From contig CM060733.1 in assembly GCA_030704615.1 (NCBI GenBank), positions 14,632,001-14,696,000 on the forward strand: a stretch of DNA of 64,000 nt, given 5' to 3'. Positions within the stretch are counted from its first letter, which is position 1, and each line of letters begins with the position of its first letter. This DNA comes from Takakia lepidozioides (lineage: Eukaryota > Plantae > Bryophyta). The translations under genes and the position numbers were made by a program. Shown here piece by piece: positions 59,038-64,000 of this stretch. Below the pieces are notes generated by a model. That model worked only from the letters and a program-made list of their open reading frames with translations, was not told where the DNA came from and did not search any database.

Positions 59038-62000
59038 TACATGTTCCACTTGTGGTTCCGTTCTTCTTTGATTGAAGACCTTGAATTTCATTCTGACTTA
59101 CAGATATCTTTCTGCAGAGGAACGGAGACATCGCATGTCAAAACGAGTTTAATTCACACACTGTATAGGATACAAAGGATCGGGCAGATGCCCTTGACCA
59201 ACTTCAAGACCATCCTTTCAGCGGAGACGTACAAGAAGTGCGAAAGCTCCAAGACATCGGAAACGTGGTACTCGTTGACCCGTGAGGCTTTCATGGAGTA
59301 CATGTACACGGTGAGATACATCTTCCTTCATCTGGTCTTCCATATTCCACATGTTTGTTTCCGTTTGTTTCTCTTGACCTTGTGCTGATGCAACTCTCTT
59401 GCATTCCCTTGCAGCAAGACATTGCAGATGCAGGGGAGCGTGGCAAACTGGAATACTACAGCTCTACCCCTGAGGAGAAAAGGACAGCAAAGGGGGTTGA
59501 GAGTCACATCCAGAAAGAGATGACCGCTACAAGAAGGACTATAATGAGTGCTTTCGTGAAGCAGTTGAGAATTGCCGACCCATCATTCGGATCGCAGTTT
59601 CTCCTGGAGATAAAAAACCATTATAACAAGCCAGGCAAGCCAGAGATGGCCCAGGAGAAGTTGCACAGGTTGTCTACCGCCGTTGTGTCTTCAAAACAGA
59701 AGGTGAAGTGGCTACAGATATGGAACTCCGATCCCACAGTTAGGGATACCCACATGTTCCCAAGGCCGGAGAAAGAGAAAAAGACCCAGCGTGTCATTCC
59801 TGTCAGTGACAATGTGTTGGACACATGGCTTCACAAGGCCACTTATTGGAGCCAGGTATGATGTCCTTTCCTGTGTCACTTTCTTTTCTCTTTTCCTGTC
59901 CTTCTCTTTCCATTGCCTCTCGCATTCGCTGTGATTGTTTTTGGGTTCATTCTTGCATTTGAATTGTTTTGCAGTTGGAAGAAAGGGCACGGTCGGTTCT
60001 GCATACTCAGCTGGCTGACTATGGCATCACTATGACAGCACCGAAGGTCTCATTTGAAGCATACATGAGGAAATGGAGAGCCACAGTGTGGCACTCTTGT
60101 TTCTTAGAGAGTTCAGCAAGGAGGGTGGCATCAGTTGAACAAATGAGCTGGACCAGCAAGAAAAAGGAGAGGAAGCCTGGAAACAATGCCTTTACAGGTG
60201 CACACTCTTGCACTACTTATTTGTGATGTGGTTGCAATGTGTTGTGTGGCATACTGTTGAAGGGGGTCTTCCTGGTGTGATGGAAAAGTTGCCACACAAT
60301 ATTTCCATTGTAAAATGAGGCTGTCTCTGTTGCTGCAGGTACATAAAGTTTGTTCTCCTGGAAGAGAATTGCCTGGACAAACATCCAGATTTCGTCGACC
60401 TGTGGCTTATCCCTGCTGGCAACCAGACAATGTTTACTACTGGGATCTTGCATGACTGGGGCCCAGACCATCTTTCTTCTTGTGGTTGGTATTTGGATTG
60501 CCCTCGTTCTGAGACCCCAGCTCCAGAGGTGTCTTTGAGGAGAGAGAATGACCGTATTGCAGCCACTGCCGCAGCAGCCGACCTCGACATTCATGAACGG
60601 AATTTGAGGACTCTTGCAGAGAAGGAGCCTCCCGCTCAGGATACCCCAGGTAGAGGAAGAAAGGCAAAGGGAAAAGATGTTGCTGGTGTTGTGGGGAAGG
60701 GAAGGGGTAGAGGGAAGGTGGCACAAGGGCAGGGAAGTGTTGCAGATATTGGCCCTGTGGAGCATGTCCAGCATACTCCACCGCATGGTAGGGGATCCGG
60801 GAGAAAAAACAAGGGGGTGGTTGATCCCAAGGACCCGTACCATGCAGTGGAACATCCCACGAGGGTCATTCGCCCAACCAGGTTGGAGATGGCCAACGTC
60901 GGGTTCCTTGCCATGATGGAGTCGAAGAAATCTGATTACAAGGGCGAGCCATCACCAGTGTGGGACAGGATTGTGGAGTTCCTCAGCACGGTGCGTGTTC
61001 TCTTTGGGTTCTGTGGCTTCTGTTGTCTTTGTCTGCTGTGGGCATGGATCGTTTCTAAAATTGTGAGAATTCCATTGTATTTTTGTTTGCAGGCTAAAAT
61101 GACCAAATCCTGGGTGAACGGGAAGGAGAAGCCATATGCAGCCGAACTCATCATCTTGGACATCCCTGATGGGTTGGCAGTCCCGGATATCCCTCCATCG
61201 GGTGCTTGTCCGGGTTGGAATGCTTTTGATGAGCGCTACTGGCGGTGGGTTTTCTCCTTTTGCAACTTCATCCTGTCCGATGCAGGTGTTTTGGTGCTCA
61301 TCCAGTCCATCGACGTTCGGTGTCGCCGTGCACTTTCCAGCTATTTGAAAGCCTCGGGCATGAGAGTCGTGAAGACATGGAATTGTGTGAACAGCATGTA
61401 CCTTACGAAGGGGGATCGTCCGGGAGAGATGGTGAGTTTGCCTTCTTCTTCCTCTTCTTGGTTGTTCTCGGATGGGGTTGTATAGGTCGCTCGAACTCAT
61501 ATGTAGGGGCCCGATTTTTTTTTGCTTCTTAGTTCCTTGTGGATGTCATGTTCGCAGACTCGTCTGTTTGAAGCTGTTTGTCTCGTCCGGGTGCATCCAC
61601 AAACGACTCCGGCCGGCATTACCGAGTTCGCCATCACTCATGGGGCCAAGTTCATAGATGACAGGATAGATCCTCCCACGGATGACATGCATCACAACTA
61701 CGTCGACAGCAACGTGTGCTTGCGAAGGGGGAATGGGGTTCCTTGGAGAGGGGCGAGGGAGAGGAGCCCGACTTTCATTCAAACGATTGTGGAGTGCTGC
61801 ACCTACACAGACGCCAGAGTTCTGGATTTGTCGATGGGCACAGGTTTGTCTCTTCAACATTCACATTTCATGAGGTTTGATTGAGCTTGCACTTTCAGCA
61901 CTTCCCACCGTTCCGAATGTGTCTTCAATGTCTGCTTCATTCATTCTATTCCACTGCAGGTGCTTCTTACCACGCTTGCAAGGCCAGTGCGCGACATCTC

Positions 62001-62900
62001 TTTGGGATTGAAGGGGATGCTGAGATTTACAAGAACCTCCTGATGGGTTTGGGTAGACACACTTCTCAAGTCCTTCCGAAGCCCCATCCCGCTGATACTG
62101 ATACAAAGGGGACTTCTGACAAGGAGCTGGACTCCGACTTTGCCTGTGAGTAAGTTCAACCTGTGCATGCTTGCATTGTTGTTTCAATATCGAGAATCGC
62201 TGTTCTTGAGGCAAAGTGCACATGGGAGATATCCTCTTTGTTGGACTTGTGCATTGCATCATTGTGTTAAAAATGGGGTTTTGTGGACATGTGCAGGAGT
62301 CCGCGTGCTTCCACTTGCCCTCCAGGGCTATCACACCTATTTGGACTTGTTTGTAGTCCTCCTCGGTCTTGCGTGCTACCTATCTATGCGGAGGCACTCG
62401 CAGCAAGCATGTCCGTTCATGGCACTCGGAGTCCACCTTACGACGGCCTTCGTAGAACACGTGGTGTTGGGGCCAGAATCTTTGTAGATGACATAGCACA
62501 GGAGGTGGACACTGATTGTGATGACTGCGACACTTGATATGAAGTTTTCTTTTGGTTTAATTCTGGGCCAAATTTGAAATGGGATGGTTGTGTGTCCTTG
62601 TTGTCCTATTTGCAATGTGTGCGTGGAATTCACATTCATGGTTACAAACTATTGTTGGAGATGGGGGTTGCATGGACTGCCTGGATTGTTCCTTCAATCT
62701 ATTTGGTGTTTTGTGGACCTCACAGACTTGAGTACATTGCGAAAACAAACAAACCACTTTGGTTCGTGTAGAGCATTCTCGCATCATTTGCTAGTTGGTC
62801 CCCAAACTATTCCTGCTAGAAGAATGGTTGGTGAATCCATCACGGTGAAGTCCACCTCATCAAAAACTGTTCAGGCATTCTCAATTCTACCCACATCAAC

Positions 62901-63049
62901 CCGCGGAAATAGGTGACACCACTCGGAAATAGGTGACATCCGCGGAAATAGGCACTGTTTGCATGCTGACGTGGCGTGAGCCTATGCTGGGCTCACGCTT
63001 TCCTGGGCTCACAGGCTCACGCCTCCGGGCTCACGGAATAGCACCCCAC
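62901..63049 (-). repeat. Right subterminal direct repeats and terminal inverted repeat of the MULE
   Basis: Three CGGAAATAGG(TGACA) repeats at ~20-bp period (62901-62952), then four GGCTCAC motifs, ending GAATAGCACCCCAC. Confidence 0.85.
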
Positions 63050-64000
63050 CTTTGTCCTCACCCCTTGGTAGTTCCCTCTCAACTGTTCGAAGAACTCCAC
63101 AACAGGGTTGAAGGCAGGCACGGGTACTGGTGCAGGTGCGGTAGTGGCTTGGGTGGACGTCGTAGCTACGGTACCACCGGTCCTACTAATCCCACTGCTG
63201 CTTGCTGAACCTGCCGGTGCAGCGGCAGGTGTAGCCACTGCCCTCGTGACTCTAGTGCCCCTAGTGATGGAGACATAGTCGGGTGACCAGTACATCCTCC
63301 ACTCCTCGATCTCAACCTCATGCCCCCACCTGAACTCATGGTAATCATCCATAGACGGCCCCTCAAGGTGCTGAAACAGCCCCTTCCATGCCATGAAAGG
63401 CGTAAATAGTTGTGGATTGCGCATTTGCTGCAAATCACACCAACTATCAAACTCTTGCACAAAATCATCCAACTCGATGGTGACCACCGCCCCAGAGTAC
63501 CTTCGTGGCCCCTTGGTAGCTCCATACATCTCCTCCATTGTGTCCCACAACAATGGTAAGGAAACAACTTGCACCGCCGGTACGAGTCATCCTGATTCAG
63601 AATCCGAATCAGAACCTTCCGTAGAAGACACAGGAGGTGAAGGTGGCCTAAACCGCACACCTCGTCTCGTGTACCCACTAGTATCGCTAGTGCTCAAACC
63701 GACACTATCCCCAGCAACTAATGGCACCTCCGTGTTGACACTCAACTGGTCATGAACATGTCCGTAACCCCCTCTCCACAAGGTAACCGGGTAAAGAACC
63801 TGTTGCGGCTTATGGTTTGGAATACTAGGTTCCTAACATAGCCTACACCTGTACCTGCATCCACCGCAAGCACTCCTATGGTTGGCTGGTCATTACCTCC
63901 AACCTCACCACAGGAGAAATAATGATGGTCTGGCTGGTCATCACCCCAGCCTCACCATCGATAGCATGCTCTAGGACTGGCTGGTGATCAAATCCGGACC
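63050..64000 (-). mobile_element. 5' portion (gag N-terminus) of the PHD-finger Ty3/gypsy element; runs off the window
   Basis: PRRYSG..ELDDFVQEFDSWCD...EFFEQLRGNYQGVRT continues in frame into EKLRSLQEFQRKPTESLR at 24392 once the MULE is removed. Confidence 0.85.

Larger units (their letters stand above)
29333..62537 (+). pseudogene. Spliced ParB/Srx-like plus N6-adenine/N4-cytosine DNA methyltransferase (beta class) fusion gene, ~1,150 codons, disabled in this copy
   Basis: Predicted exons: 29333-29576 joined to 42584-42651, 45175-45770, 59118-59310, 59415-59855, 59975-60197, 60339-60990, 61093-61431, 61558-61843, 61960-62149, 62297-62537. All introns are GT-AG with compatible phases, apart from one 1-nt frameshift in exon 5. 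ParB motif WDGNHRLLAW, MTase motif IV-like LIILDIPDG, motif X-I ERSPTFIQTIVECCT..DARVLDLSMGTGASYHACKASARHLFGIEGD. Lesions: TGA at 45688 and 45703, the exon 5 frameshift, and LTR insertions. Confidence 0.82.
24399..63049. mobile_element. Mutator-like (MULE) DNA transposon carrying a transposase, a ParB-methyltransferase gene and a palindrome array (~12.4 kb without nested LTR elements)
   Basis: Interrupts the gag of the PHD-gypsy element. Flanked by CTCTATCCT (24390-24398) and CTTTGTCCT (63050-63058), a 9-bp TSD with two transitions. The ends are in-register imperfect inverted repeats (33/47 matches by my count). Encodes a MULE-type DDE transposase. Confidence 0.88.

Noticed and set aside
60991-61092. 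Apparent transmembrane segment (VRVLFGFCGFCCLCLLWAWIV) in ORF 60430..61485
   Set aside because: It corresponds to a 102-nt in-frame GT-AG intron with a T-rich tract.
45175-62537. Bacterial or phage contamination as the source of the ParB-MTase sequence
   Set aside because: The gene has multiple phase-compatible spliceosomal introns, carries plant LTR insertions with TSDs, and lies inside a TSD-bounded eukaryotic transposon.

Overview
Eukaryotic, transposon-dense land-plant DNA, probably from a non-seed plant (inferred from the PLS-PPR gene, GT-AG introns and the retroelement lineages). There is one host gene, a PLS-class PPR protein at 4991-7294; almost everything else is nested mobile DNA. 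From left to right: the right end of a deleted DNA transposon (1-427); an internally deleted CRE-type non-LTR element (~1200-4400); an L1-like LINE (~7955-18300) interrupted by a 3'-truncated, apparently self-priming Ty3/gypsy element (10585-15219); a second LINE 3' fragment; a CACTA-like end; and a PHD-finger Ty3/gypsy element whose gag is split between ~24.4 kb and ~63.05 kb. The main finding is what splits that gag: a Mutator-like (MULE) DNA transposon at 24399-63049 with imperfect TIRs and a 9-bp TSD. It is ~12.4 kb once two younger 13-kb LTR retrotransposon copies (29577-42578 and 45791-59037) are removed. It carries a DDE/SWIM transposase on the minus strand and, divergently, a ~10-exon gene (~1,150 codons, disabled in this copy) that fuses a ParB/Srx-like domain to a beta-class N6-adenine/N4-cytosine DNA methyltransferase domain. 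The predicted first intron of that gene holds an array of 16 near-perfect 40-bp palindromes spaced ~115 bp apart. Together these suggest a transposon-encoded ParB/parS-like DNA-marking or anti-silencing system; that function is inference. All domain calls come from motif recognition by eye, with no database searches run.
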